A stretch of DNA of 64,000 bases from Macrostomum lignano (Eukaryota). The notes under the pieces are model-generated. The model searched no databases. It was given only the letters and a program-made list of their open reading frames with translations, and was not told the origin of the DNA. Shown here piece after piece: positions 24,638 through 37,225 of this stretch. Both the position numbers and the translations under genes were made by a program. Numbering within the stretch: position 1 is the stretch's first letter; every line of letters begins with the position of its first letter. The stretch spans positions 247,950 through 311,949 of the forward strand of contig NIVC01000692.1 of NCBI GenBank assembly GCA_002269645.1, given 5' to 3'.

Positions 24638-25301
24638 TTAGAAGCTTGTTCGAAGATTGACTTTCCTGTTTAGCTCCATTGTCGGTATTGCCAAGTACTC
24701 GGGAGCAGGCCGCATTAACGAGCGCCCCCAGTTGGAGACTACAACTGCGCAAGCACAAGATGAGGCTCAAGGGCGAAAAGAGCTCTGCCTTATACCGGTT
24801 AGAGTTAGAGCATATGCCGGTAGAGTGCGGCAAACTCATACCCGGAATTCTCCAACACTGCTATAATACTCTCCATCTCGTATTGCTCGCGGGAGGCAAT
24901 GCTGAGCAGTGTCGCTGCCCTCACTGCTCGCGCCGTAATGATAAGCGCGTCTCCCTCTCATCAGGCCTGGCCATTCATCATGTGAGGTGAGGAGAATTCG
25001 TGGCTGTAGTTTCGGGATTAGGGATTTCGGGTAGCTGGACGGCTGCAGGATTCAGAGGGGTTAGAAAAAGGAAAGTCTAAAATCGACATTTCCCATTCAC
25101 TTTGAGCTCGCGACTCCAACACTCGCTGTCGCGTTTGCCTGTTCTACACGCCTTTTTGCACTTTTATGCTTTCGCCCAGCAGAATTCTGTAGAATTGAAA
25201 GCATTGCGGCATTGGGGGGGGGGCTGATCGCTGCCAAGAATTCGCTGCGTACAACTGTGTGGCATGTCATTTCGAAAGAAGCTGCTGAAAAAATGGAGTA
25301 T

Positions 25302-28300
25302 GACTCAAGGACACGAGGGAGCGCAGAGGCGGACTTAATGACACTGAGGGAGCGCAGAGGCAGACTCAAGGACTCTGAGGGAGCGGAGAGGCAGACTCAA
25401 GGACTCTGAGGGAGCGGAGAGGCAGACTCAAGGACACTACACTGCGGGAGCGGAGAGGCAGACTCAAGGACACTGCGGGAGCGGAGAGGCAGACTCAAGG
25501 ACACTGCGGGAGCGGAGAGGCAGACTCAAGGACACTACACTGCGGGAGCGGAGAGGCAGACTCAAGGACACTACACTGCGGGAGCGGAGAGGCAGACTCA
25601 AGGACACTACACTGCGGGAGCGGAGAGGCAGACTCAAGGACACTGCGGGAGCGGAGAGGCAGACTCAAGGACACTGCGGGAGCGGAGAGGCAGACTCAAG
25701 GACACTGCGGGAGCGGAGAGGCAGACTCAAGGACACTACACTGCGGGAGCGGAGAGGCAGACTCAAGGACACTGCGGGAGCGGAGAGGCAGACTCAAGGA
25801 CTCTGGGGGAGCGGAGAGGCAGACTCAAGGACTCTGCGGGAGCGGAGAGGCAGACTCAAGGACACTACACTGCGGGAGCGGAGAGGCAGACTCAAGGACA
25901 CTACACTGCGGGAGCGGAGAGGCAGACTCAAGGACTCTGAGAGAGCGGAGAGGCAGACTCAAGGACTCTGAGGGAGCGGAGAGGCAGACTCAAGGACACT
26001 GCGGGAGCGGAGAGGCAGACTCAAGGACACTACACTGCGGGAGCGGAGAGGCAGACTCAAGGACACTGCGGGAGCGGAGAGGCAGACTCAAGGACACTAC
26101 ACTGCGGGAGCGGAGAGGCAGACTCAAGGACACTACACTGCGGGAGCGGAGAGGCAGACTCAAGGACACTACACTGCGGGAGCGGAGAGGCAGACTCAAG
26201 GACTCTGAGAGAGCGGAGAGGCAGACTCAAGGACTCTGAGGGAGCGGAGAGGCAGACTCAAGGACACTGCGGGAGCGGAGAGGCAGACTCAAGGACACTA
26301 CACTGCGGGAGCGGAGAGGCAGACTCAAGGACACTGCGGGAGCGGAGAGGCAGACTCAAGGACACTACACTGCGGGAGCGGAGAGGCAGACTCAAGGACA
26401 CTACACTGCGGGAGCGGAGAGGCAGACTCAAGGACACTACACTGCGGGAGCGGAGAGGCAGACTCAAGGACACTACACTGCGGGAGCGGAGAGGCAGACT
26501 CAAGGACACTGCGGGAGCGGAGAGGCAGACTCAAGGACACTGCGGGAGCGGAGAGGCAGACTCAAGGACTCTGAGGGAGCGGAGAGGCAGACTCAAGGAC
26601 TCTGAGGGAGCGGAGAGGCAGACTCAAGGACTCTGAGGGAGCGGAGAGGCAGACTCAAGGACACTACACTGCGGGAGCGGAGAGGCAGACTCAAGGACAC
26701 TACACTGCGGGAGCGGAGAGGCAGACTCAAGGACACTACACTGCGGGAGCGGAGAGGCAGACTCAAGGACTCTGAGAGAGCGGAGAGGCAGACTCAAGGA
26801 CTCTGAGGGAGCGGAGAGGCAGACTCAAGGACACTGCGGGAGCGGAGAGGCAGACTCAAGGACACTACACTGCGGGAGCGGAGAGGCAGACTCAAGGACA
26901 CTACACTGCGGGAGCGGAGAGGCAGACTCAAGGACTCTGAGAGAGCGGAGAGGCAGACTCAAGGACTCTGAGGGAGCGGAGAGGCAGACTCAAGGACACT
27001 GCGGGAGCGGAGAGGCAGACTCAAGGACACTGCGGGAGCGGAGAGGCAGACTCAAGGACACTGCGGGAGCGGAGAGGCAGACTCAAGGACACTGCGGGAG
27101 CGGAGAGGCAGACTCAAGGACTCTGAGGGAGCGGAGAGGCAGACTCAAGGACTCTGAGGGAGCGGAGAGGCAGACTCAAGGACTCTGAGGGAGCGGAGAG
27201 GCAGACTCAAGGACACTACACTGCGGGAGCGGAGAGGCAGACTCAAGGACACTGCGGGAGCGGAGAGGCAGACTCAAGGACACTGCGGGAGCGGAGAGGC
27301 AGACTCAAGGACTCTGAGGGAGCGGAGAGGCAGACTCAAGGACACTGCACTGCGGGAGCGGAGAGGCAGACTCAAGGACACTACACTGCGGGAGCGGAGA
27401 GGCAGACTCAAGGACTCTGAGGGAGCGGAGAGGCAGACTCAAGGACTCTGAGGGAGCGGAGAGGCAGACTCAAGGACTCTGAGGGAGCGGAGAGGCAGAC
27501 TCAAGGACTCTGAGGGAGCGGAGAGGCAGACTCAAGGACACTACACTGCGGGAGCGGAGAGGCAGACTCAAGGACACTACACTGCGGGAGCGGAGAGGCA
27601 GACTCAAGGACACTACACTGCGGGAGCGGAGAGGCAGACTCAAGGACACTGCGGGAGCGGAGAGGCAGACTCAAGGACACTGCGGGAGCGGAGAGGCAGA
27701 CTCAAGGACTCTGAGGGAGCGGAGAGGCAGACTCAAGGACACTACACTGCGGGAGCGGAGAGGCAGACTCAAGGACACTACACTGCGGGAGCGGAGAGGC
27801 AGACTCAAGGACACTGCGGGAGCGGAGAGGCAGACTCAAGGACACTGTGGGAGCGGAGAGGCAGACTCAAGGACTCTGAGGGAGCGGAGAGGCAGACTCA
27901 AGGACACTGAGGGAGCGGAGAGGCAGACTCAAGGACTCTGAGGGAGCGGAGAGGCAGACTCAAGGACACTACACTGCGGGAGCGGAGAGGCAGACTCAAG
28001 GACACTGCGGGAGCGGAGAGGCAGACTCAAGGACACTGCGGGAGCGGAGAGGCAGACTCAAGGACACTGCGGGAGCGGAGAGGCAGACTCAAGGACTCTG
28101 AGGGAGCGGAGAGGCAGACTCAAGGACTCTGAGGGAGCGGAGAGGCAGACTCAAGGACACTACACTGCGGGAGCGGAGAGGCAGACTCAAGGACACTGCG
28201 GGAGCGGAGAGGCAGACTCAAGGACACTGCGGGAGCGGAGAGGCAGACTCAAGGACACTGCGGGAGCGGAGAGGCAGACTCAAGGACACTGCGGGAGCGG

Positions 28301-29575
28301 AGAGGCAGACTCAAGGACACTGCGGGAGCGGAGAGGCAGACTCAAGGACACTGCGGGAGCGGAGAGGCAGACTCAAGGACTCTGAGGGAGCGGAGAGGCA
28401 GACTCAAGGACTCTGAGGGAGCGGAGAGGCAGACTCAAGGACACTACACTGCGGGAGCGGAGAGGCAGACTCAAGGACACTGCGGGAGCGGAGAGGCAGA
28501 CTCAAGGACACTGCGGGAGCGGAGAGGCAGACTCAAGGACACTGCGGGAGCGGAGAGGCAGACTCAAGGACACTGCGGGAGCGGAGAGGCAGACTCAAGG
28601 ACACTGCGGGAGCGGAGAGGCAGACTCAAGGACTCTGAGGGAGCGGAGAGGCAGACTCAAGGACACTACACTGCGGGAGCGGAGAGGCAGACTCAAGGAC
28701 ACTACACTGCGGGAGCGGAGAGGCAGACTCAAGGACACTGCGGGAGCGGAGAGGCAGACTCAAGGACTCTGAGGGAGCGGAGAGGCAGACTCAAGGACAC
28801 TACACTGCGGGAGCGGAGAGGCAGACTCAAGGACACTGCGGGAGCGGAGAGGCAGACTCAAGGACTCTGAGGGAGCGGAGAGGCAGACTCAAGGACAATA
28901 CACTGCGGGAGCGGAGAGGCAGACTCAAGGACACTGCGGGAGCGGAGAGGCAGACTCAAGGACACTACACTGCGGGAGCGGAGAGGCAGACTCAAGGACA
29001 CTGCGGGAGCGGAGAGGCAGACTCAAGGACACTGCGGGAGCGGAGAGGCAGACTCAAGGACTCTGAGGGAGCGGAGAGGCAGACTCAAGGACACTACACT
29101 GCGGGAGCGGAGAGGCAGACTCAAGGACACTGCGGGAGCGGAGAGGCAGACTCAAGGACTCTGAGGGAGCGGAGAGGCAGACTCAAGGACAATACACTGC
29201 GGGAGCGGAGAGGCAGACTCAAGGACACTGCGGGAGCGGAGAGGCAGACTCAAGGACACTGCGGGAGCGGAGAGGCAGACTCAAGGACACTACACTGCGG
29301 GAGCGGAGAGGCAGACTCAAGGACACTGCGGGAGCGGAGAGGCAGACTCAAGGACACTGAGGGAGCGCAGAGGCAGACTCAAGGACACTGAGGGAGCGGA
29401 GAGGCAGACTCAAGGACACGAGGGAGCGGAGAGGCAGACTCAAGGACACGAGGGAGCGGAGAGGCAGACTCAAGGACACGAGGGAGCGGAGAGGCAGACT
29501 CAAGGACACGAGGGAGCGGAGAGGCAGACTCAAGGACACGAGGGAGCGGAGAGGCAGACTCAAGGACACTGAGGG
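25302..29575. repeat. 4.3-kb minisatellite with interspersed 31/36/30-bp variant units (constant part GGAGCGGAGAGGCAGACTCAAGGAC)
   Basis: Variants ACTGCG (31 bp), ACTACACTGCG (36 bp), TCTGAG (31 bp), ACGAG (30 bp, at the ends). Confidence 0.98.
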
Positions 29576-31167
29576 CAATCCTTAAAGCTGCGGCAAGAGA
29601 TGGCATATCACTAATTCCTTTCTTTATTCCGCGTTCCTTGCACCCACCCACCTGTGCGATAAAAAATTGAATTTAGTCAATTCCCCTACATTCGCGCGAA
29701 GCCACTCGCTCGCCACTAATTCAGCCATCCCGCCACAGTCCGGCTTCCAACTCGGGTAACTCGGTTGCTGCTCTGCACCGCGGGAGCGAGTTGCCTCTGT
29801 CTGCAAGTCTCCGACCGCAATTAATTATTTCCAGCGGCACGAGCGGCGATGGAGTGCAGATATAGTTGTAGCTTCCAGGTCTGCTGCTCGAGATTCGCCG
29901 AAATTGCCACGAGTATCCATGAGCACTCGCTCCATTACACAAGTGTGTCATTTCTTCCGCTTTTCTGTGTTATCTGATCAGCCTATTTCTCTCTTTCTTT
30001 CTATGAAGGCAGTTGGGCATAGCCAGCCTTCGATGCCATCAATTCCGCTCCTTCTCTTGCATCGATTGCATACAGTCTTGGGAACTGAATATAAGAATTC
30101 TATAGACTGGCTCCTGCTGTATGCAAGAGTTAGCCAGCCCCTGTTCGACCGGTGGGTCAACTATATCGGGGACTTGAAGTGGGAGATTAATTCTGTGGTT
30201 TAATTTTTTTCTCTTATACTACATGTTTGGCTTGACCTTGACCTGTAGATCTTTAAAATATAAGCAATATTGCATAAAGGTTCACTCACGAACACCGCCA
30301 GGTGCCATTTGTTGAAGAACCAAAGTGTCCCAACCGCTAGCAGGTGGGCAGGCCGTCCACGTGGCCGCGCCAGGTTCTGTGGCTGGCGCGCATCTGCAGG
30401 GTGACATCGGCGTGGACTAGTTCGGGAGTAGGATAACGTGCTCTGCTTCTGCGGGCAGCAACCAACCCTTCGGAGCTCTGGATCGATGAAGCGTGGCTCG
30501 TCCCCTTCCCTGCATGCAGTTGCAGGTGTCCAGGCTGTGCTTGCCAGTCGGGTTTATAGTCCCCCCCTACAACAAAAATTCTCAGCATCAACATCAAAAT
30601 TGTTTTCGTGATGCTGGGCCTCGTGGAGTAATGGGGCGCGAGCGATGTTTAAGCACGCGAGGTACACAGTGACAGGATAAGGAAGGACAAAATTATGTAA
30701 AACAGCAGGATTAGTGCTTTTTGGCAGGGATGCTCAGCGTTTGAGATGTGCAATTTTGAGCATATGATATATATAGGAGAGCAAGTTGATTTCGGTAAAA
30801 AGTTAACTGACCCCATTTGTATTCTCTATATATGTAGTTACTATGGGTTCTAGAATTTTGGGGTGCTTAAGTGTAAAATAGTTTTTCTTAGACCTTTTCT
30901 CATTAATCTTTCTGTACAGCTAAGCTGTCTGTCCCTCTGTAGCTTGGGAGTTATACCGTACATGCCTACGCGAGTATAACAATAGCTACTATATATATTG
31001 CATAATTTAATTTCTGGTATTATATAGGATTTCTCTCTCATCTTTCTCTTATCGCTTCCTATACAGAAATCTTTATGAGCTGAACTGAAGTTTTACTCTT
31101 CTTCTCTCATAGTCTGGGGGTCATATATGGAACGCATGATGGCTACAACTTTATTCCATAAATTTTC

Positions 31168-31515
31168 TTTAAACCCGAATATCATAAACCCGAAAAATCA
31201 CAACCCCGAAATTAATTAATAGCAACGCACATCATAAACCCGAAATATCATAAACCCGAAATATCATAAACCCGAAAGTTAATGATATTTCGTGCTTTTT
31301 ATAAATCCGAACTTTCATAACTACAAAATTTCTAGCAATGTCCAACACTATTTTGGTTTTCGGAGTTATGATATTTCGGGTTTGTGATATTTCGTGTTTA
31401 TGAAGTGCGTTGCTAGTAATTTCGGAGTTATGAAATTTCGGGTTTATGATATTTTGGGTTCATGATGGAAAGCGCTGTTCAGAGTTGTGATTTTTTGGGT
31501 TTGTGATTGCCCCCC
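31168..31515. mobile_element. Fold-back / MITE-like element with arms built of about 15-bp subrepeats
   Basis: Left arm (ATCATAAACCCGAAAT)n with TAGCAACGCAC; right arm (ATTTCGGGTTTATGAT)n with GTGCGTTGCTA; termini and TSD unclear. Confidence 0.7.
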
Positions 31516-32294
31516 CATGTGTTACAGTGTGTTTCGTAGAAAGCTCATGTTTTGCAATTCTCTATTTCGCGCGCATACCATACTTGTATTTCTTCGTTCC
31601 ATTTTAACAATACTCTATACGTATTATTACCGCGCTTACGAGCTATGCTACTAGGTCAAACCTATGTAGAACGAAACAAAACCGTCAGATTCCGAATTTC
31701 TAGCGCGCGCACGTTAAACCTTTTTTCAAAGGATTCCGCGTATTTTCAATTTTTGTCTAAATTGCTAAATAAATTAACGGTTTTAGCTTTGGGAAGTAGG
31801 AAAATTAGCCTACTTTTCCGAGAATATACATCGAGCTGAGTTGACCGAACACGCTATTTGCCTGACCAACTTACTCTACTAATGCTTAGTTAGTTTTTTT
31901 TACAATCTCACCTTATATTTATACATACTGACTTAGGAGAGTCGAGACACAGGCAGTTAGGCTGAGAGTATGAGAGTGCTATAATAGACCTATAAGAGTT
32001 GGAGGGCAAATGTACCCTAAGAGTAGGCCTAGAATTTCAATATCAGCTTACCATAGGCAAATTTGTTTTTGTGCAGGCCTAGCTTAGCTAGAGGCTAGAG
32101 CATGTCGACAACATCAAACAAAAACTTTTGTTTAGACAAATTCAAATAGATTTTAGCAGTAGGCCTTGCCTTACTGGCCAATATCTAATATTGGCAATCT
32201 TGGCAGTTTGCTGCATAGAATTATTTTTCAGTTTTTTTTACATAGAGATGGTTGGAATAGGTCTAGGTGGAATGAGTAGAAGGCATATTATTAT

Positions 32295-33091
32295 TAGAGG
32301 TCGGACAGGATCCCGATCCTGATCCCAAAATCTTGCGATCCCGAAGAAAATTGAATCCCAACCCTAAAAAACTTAAGATTCGGGAACAGGTCTTTTGATT
32401 AAAAATTTATAGAATTAGTGATTAGGCCTACTAGAGGTCGGACGGGATTGAAATCTTCAGGCGGGATCGGGATCGGGAATAATTTTTTTCTCGGGATCGG
32501 GGTCGGGATCGGGATCCGGGAATCGGGATCAGGTCTTTTAGTATATTGTCCATGTAAAGTTAAACAAAATTGAGAAAAGATTGTCAAGATCAAAAAGTAA
32601 AACACAACGAAATTGATATAAAGTTTTGAAACCAACAAAGTAAATAATGTAACAAGTACAAGTTAAAGCAAAATACTTTCAAGTAATCACTAATTCTACA
32701 AATTATTAATCGAAAGACCTGTTCCCAAATCTCGAGTTTTTTAGGGTCGGGATTCTGGTCCCGCGGGAATTCAATTTTCCTCGGGATCCCGAGATTTCGG
32801 GATCGGGATCGGGATCCCGTCCGACCTCTAAGGCCTACTTGAAGGTATTTTGCTTTAACTTGTAGGGCCTACTTGTTACATTATTTACTTTGTTGGTTAC
32901 AAAACTTTATATCAATTTTGTTGTGTTTTACTTCTTGATCTTTACAATCTTTTCTCAATTTTGTTTAACTTTACATGGACAATACACTAAAAGACCTGAT
33001 CCCGATTCTTGAATCCCGATCCCGATCCTAAAAAAAAAAATTATTCCCAATCCCAATCCCGCCCAAAGATTTCAATCCTGTCCAACCTCTA
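32295..33091. mobile_element. hAT-type MITE, outer copy (about 390 bp, interrupted by an inverted copy of itself)
   Basis: TIRs TAGAGGTCGGAC / GTCCAACCTCTA; 8-bp TSD ATTATTAT at 32287-32294 and 33092-33099. Confidence 0.9.
32432..32830. mobile_element. hAT-type MITE, inner copy (399 bp)
   Basis: Perfect 17-bp TIR TAGAGGTCGGACGGGAT / ATCCCGTCCGACCTCTA; 8-bp TSD AGGCCTAC at 32424-32431 and 32831-32838. Confidence 0.92.
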
Positions 33092-34295
33092 ATTATTATA
33101 TATAGGCCCTAAGTGTTAAGACAGTCAGGTTAAGTGTCAGATCAGTTAAAAATAGGCCCTAGTAGGCTAATATTAATAATTAGGCCTATAGTAAGCCATC
33201 CAATATAGAAAGAAGAAGTTTCTAAAGACTTTTCCTAGAAAAAAGAGCACCATATAGATATAGGCCTAAGCATGGCCAATTAGCAAATAATTGACATCTC
33301 ATTGGCTATTAGCAGTATGAGTGATGAGCTTCTATAGGTTAATATCAATGTCAATAAGCTTGGCAATTGGCCTTAGGTCAGGCTGGTTAGCTTCAAAGAT
33401 GATTGTGGTTATTGATGCTCTATGCCTTCTAGCCATAAATATATAAATAAATTATATTTATATAGGCCTTCTAGCCATTATAGAGTCAAATTGGTTTTAA
33501 AAAGTTTGAAGTTTGAAGCCAATAACAAACTATTTAAACTGAAATTGACTATTCAAAATCAAATAAAGATATTAAGTTATAAAGAATTTTTTCTTTTAAT
33601 GTTTGATATTTATATTATATAAGGGGAGTACAACGTTTGCTTGCGGGAAGTTTGCTTGCCAAAGTTTGCTTGCAGGAATTTTGCTTGTTGAACTTTGCTT
33701 GCCAAGCTTTGCTTGTGGAATTTTGCTAGCCGAACTTTGCTTGCCAAACTTTGCTTGCGGAATTTTGCCTGCCAAACTTTGCTTGCGGAATTTTGCCTGC
33801 CAAACTTTGCTTGCCGAAGTTTGCTTGCAGGAAATTTGCTTGCATGAATTCTGCTTGCTGAAGTTTGCTTGCAGGAACTTTGCTTGCCAAACTTTGCTTG
33901 CCGAATTTTGCCTGCCAAACTTTGCTTGCCGAACTTTGCTTGCCGAAGTTTGCTTGCAAGAAATTTGCTTGCAGGAATTCTGCTTGCCGAAGTTTGCTTG
34001 CAGGAAATTTGCTTGCCAAACTTTGCTTGCAGAATTTTGATGTCTGCTTCCTAGAAATTCACAATCATAATTGCAAGGTTTTAACTTGCCAAATTAGAAT
34101 ATTTTCTTGTCTGCTTGCTTGTTTTGATTGCTTGTGAAGTTGGTCCATCAATTATTACTTACTACAGATGCTTTGCAAGTGGATTCTTATCAGCATAGAC
34201 GAAAACTGACTTGACACTGAGCTTTCAAACTAGAGTTTAATTCTAAGAATTTAGGGGTCGCAATATAAATCTGTCGTAGCGTAGGTTTGATTGTA

Positions 34296-35606
34296 CGAGG
34301 GTCACTCAGAAAGTTCTTAGCCTGAACACAAAAACAGCAACAAATGAACTAAAAAACGACTACAAGTGCTCAAAATACTCTCCACCGGCATTGATACAGG
34401 CTTGCATCCTGTGAAACCAGCTGTCAAAGCACTGCCGCCAATCCTCATCCCGGAGCTCCTCGATGATGTTTTTGAACTCATTCACAGCTTCTTCCGGTGA
34501 AGAAAAGACCTGGCCCTTCAGAATCTCCTTGCACTTCGGAAACAGAAAAAAGTTGCATGGTGCCAGGTCTGGACTATACGCAGGGTGAGTCATCAGCTGG
34601 ACCCCACAGTCAGCCAGAAACTCAAGAGTTTGAGCCGCCGTGTGCGCGCTGGCGTTGTCGTGGTGCAGAAGCACCCCGCACATTCCGCACCTTGGGCGCC
34701 TCTGGCTCACAGCAGAAAAGACTTTGGGCAGGCAAACCATTGTGTACCAGTCAGCGGTGACTGTCTGGCAATCTTCAAGTGAAACGGAAGCCACATGCCC
34801 AGTGCGCATGAAGAAACAGGCCACCATCTGCTTGCCGACACTCCGGCTGCGTCGAAACTTGGTGGGGCTGTCCTCGTCTCCAAAGGTCCACATGGCTGAC
34901 TGGCGCTTGCTTTCGGGGTCGTATTGATAAATCCAGGTCTCATCGCCCGTGAGGATGTCCCAGATACGCCGGCTGGTCCCAGATTCGAATTTCTGCAGCA
35001 TGAATTGGCACCAAGCCACCCTGGTGTCCTTCTGCACGTCCGACAGCTGATGGGGGATCCACCGGGAAGCCAGCTTCCGCACTCCAAGGTGTTCGTGCAG
35101 AATGGCATGCACACTCCCCGATCCAATACCGATCTCCTGCTGGATCTGCTGGTAGGTCACTCGCCGGTCAGCGGCAATCATGCTGGACACAGCGCAGATA
35201 TTTTCTGGAGTCACTGCATTACAGGGTCTCCTGGATCGATGTTCATCTTCGAGGCTTTCTCGACCTTGGCGAAACTCAGCGAACCAGTTTTTGACGGTTG
35301 CGTATGAAGGACATAGATGGGTGAAAACGCTCTGTAAAGTTTGATACGATTCGGCCGGCGACTTGCCTTGCTTGAAGTGCAAGTACATCATTGCTCTGAA
35401 GTCGCGATTTTCCAGCTTTATTGTTGAATTGAAGAACTCAGGGGGGTGAACTGACTTTAACTCGCTGCAGTGGACTCAAAAGTGGCTGCTTCTGTTTGAA
35501 ATTTTTGATGCAATACTTTTAAAAGTTGGTCTTTACCATAGACAAATTTCATGCTTCTACGTCTCATCGATCCTACTCAGGCTAAAGACTTTCTGAGTGA
35601 CCCTCG
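34296..35606 (-). mobile_element. Mariner (Tc1/mariner) DNA transposon, 1311 bp
   Basis: TIRs CGAGGGTCACTCAGAAAG..TTAGCCTGA / TCAGGCTAA..CTTTCTGAGTGACCCTCG; TA duplication at 34294-34295 and 35607-35608. Confidence 0.96.
34360..35391 (-). CDS. Mariner transposase, 343 aa, catalytic triad D,D34N
   Basis: WIPHQL, TGDETW, HHDNA and YSPDLAPCNF motifs; frame uninterrupted. Confidence 0.93.
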   Translation of the reverse strand: MMYLHFKQGKSPAESYQTLQSVFTHLCPSYATVKNWFAEFRQGRESLEDEHRSRRPCNAVTPENICAVSSMIAADRRVTYQQIQQEIGIGSGSVHAILHEHLGVRKLASRWIPHQLSDVQKDTRVAWCQFMLQKFESGTSRRIWDILTGDETWIYQYDPESKRQSAMWTFGDEDSPTKFRRSRSVGKQMVACFFMRTGHVASVSLEDCQTVTADWYTMVCLPKVFSAVSQRRPRCGMCGVLLHHDNASAHTAAQTLEFLADCGVQLMTHPAYSPDLAPCNFFLFPKCKEILKGQVFSSPEEAVNEFKNIIEELRDEDWRQCFDSWFHRMQACINAGGEYFEHL

Positions 35607-35900
35607 TATGTTGTATGGGAGCTAAGAACATATGGGAGCTAAGAACAATCTTATCTTACAATGTTCTGCATTAGGGCTTTTCAAATCTACCATATCCTCA
35701 TACAAAATCATAACACTATAGGTGACTTCCATGAATCTTGGAAAACAAAAATTAGAAATACAATGAGCTCAATAATAGGTTCTCTAAGGTTCCGCAAGAA
35801 AACTGGCTGGCAAATCTCAGCAAGCAAAGTTCCTGCAAGCAAACTTCGGCAAGCTTATGTGCAGCAAGCAAATTTCCTGCAAGCAAAATTCGGCAAGCAA

Positions 35901-37225
35901 CAACAACAACAACAACAGAGTACGCTGCCAGATCACAAAAGCAGCGTCAGATGGCGCGCTTCAAAGCTTGGGCGCGAACAAAAGCCGCACCGCCGGCAGA
36001 GTCCAGGGCGCCGGCGTCAGCCAGCAGACAGTCGACGTAGCGCCGAGTCCTCGCCTGTCCCCGCCAGTAGGGTGCCTGCAACGTAAGTAGCAGCACCTCC
36101 TGCACCGGCTCCGGGCAGTAGGCCTCGGCGCGGATGACGTGGCCTGCCAGCTGGAGTCGCCGACGGCGCAGCAGATCGCTAGGACGGGCCAGGCCGGCGC
36201 GATGATAGAGCGCCGTGTTGGTGACTCGCTCGTTGCCGATCTTGAAGGCGGCGCGCAGCAGGCCAGCGTGCGCCGCGTCGACTTGAGCCTCGAGCGAGTC
36301 TGTCAGCGTCCAGGTCTCGGCGTTGTATAACAGGACGGTCTCGATCACCGCCTGGAACAGCGCCGCCCTCTGGCGGTCCGGTAGGGCCTCGGACTGCAGG
36401 ACTGACCTTATAGAACAAAAGGCAGCCCAAGCAAGTCCTCGGCGACGCCGCAGATCCTCGTGGACGTCGGGAACCAGACCGCCGAGGTAGACGAACTGCT
36501 GACATCTTGGAAGCTCACTCGCCTGTCCGTCAGCGCCTCGGCAGAAGATTGCAGCCTCGGTGTCGTCCGGCACGCATAGCACGACTGTCTTCTGCGTGTT
36601 GACCACCAGGCCGACGCTCGCCGCAACGGCAACCAGCCTATCCAGCTGTCGTTGGGCGCCCTCGACGGTCGAGGACAGCAGGGCGAGGTCATCGGCGTAG
36701 CCAAGCACGCTGAGCCGTCTCTCCGGTTGGCGTCGACCCACGCGTCGCCGCAGCAGGAAGCCGTCGTCGTTGGAAGGCAGAGCAGTCCGTAGCACCCAGT
36801 CAAGCACCAGAATAAATAGGAACGGCGCTAGCGCATCTCCCTGGAGCACCCCGGAGGATGTCTCGAAGAAATCCGATAGGCCATCCGGTGTTGAGACAGC
36901 AGCCGTCGTGCCGTGGTACAGCGCCATGACAGCAGAAATCAGCAGCTCTGGCACGTTGTACGCACGGAGCACCTCTGGGAGCGCGTCCCTCACGACCGAG
37001 TCGAAAGCCTTCCTGAAATCGACGAAGATCAGGATCAGGGTCAACTGGCGGATGCGCGCCTCCTCGATGACTTGTCGAAGAGCCAGGATCTGCGTCACTG
37101 TGCCGCGATGGGGCCGGAATCCGTTCTGCTCAGGTCGCAGGTACGGGTCCAGCACAGGCTGTAACCGCGATAGCAGCATGCGGTTGAACAGCTTCGCGGC
37201 GCAGGACTGACAAGCTGACAAGACT
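35901..37225 (-). mobile_element. 5'-truncated RTE-like non-LTR retrotransposon with open RT frame
   Basis: QNGFRP, FVDFRKAFDSV, QGDALAP, YADD, FVYLG, LLYNAETW motifs; stop at 35947-35949; (TTG)n tail (CAA repeats 35898-35916 on +); candidate TSD GGCAAGCAA at 35892-35900 and 37226-37234. Clade assignment by eye. Confidence 0.9.

Noticed and set aside
25302-29575. CRISPR-like look (constant part plus variable part)
   Set aside because: The variable part is only 5-11 nt and drawn from three or four recurring variants, not unique spacers; no cas genes; eukaryotic context.
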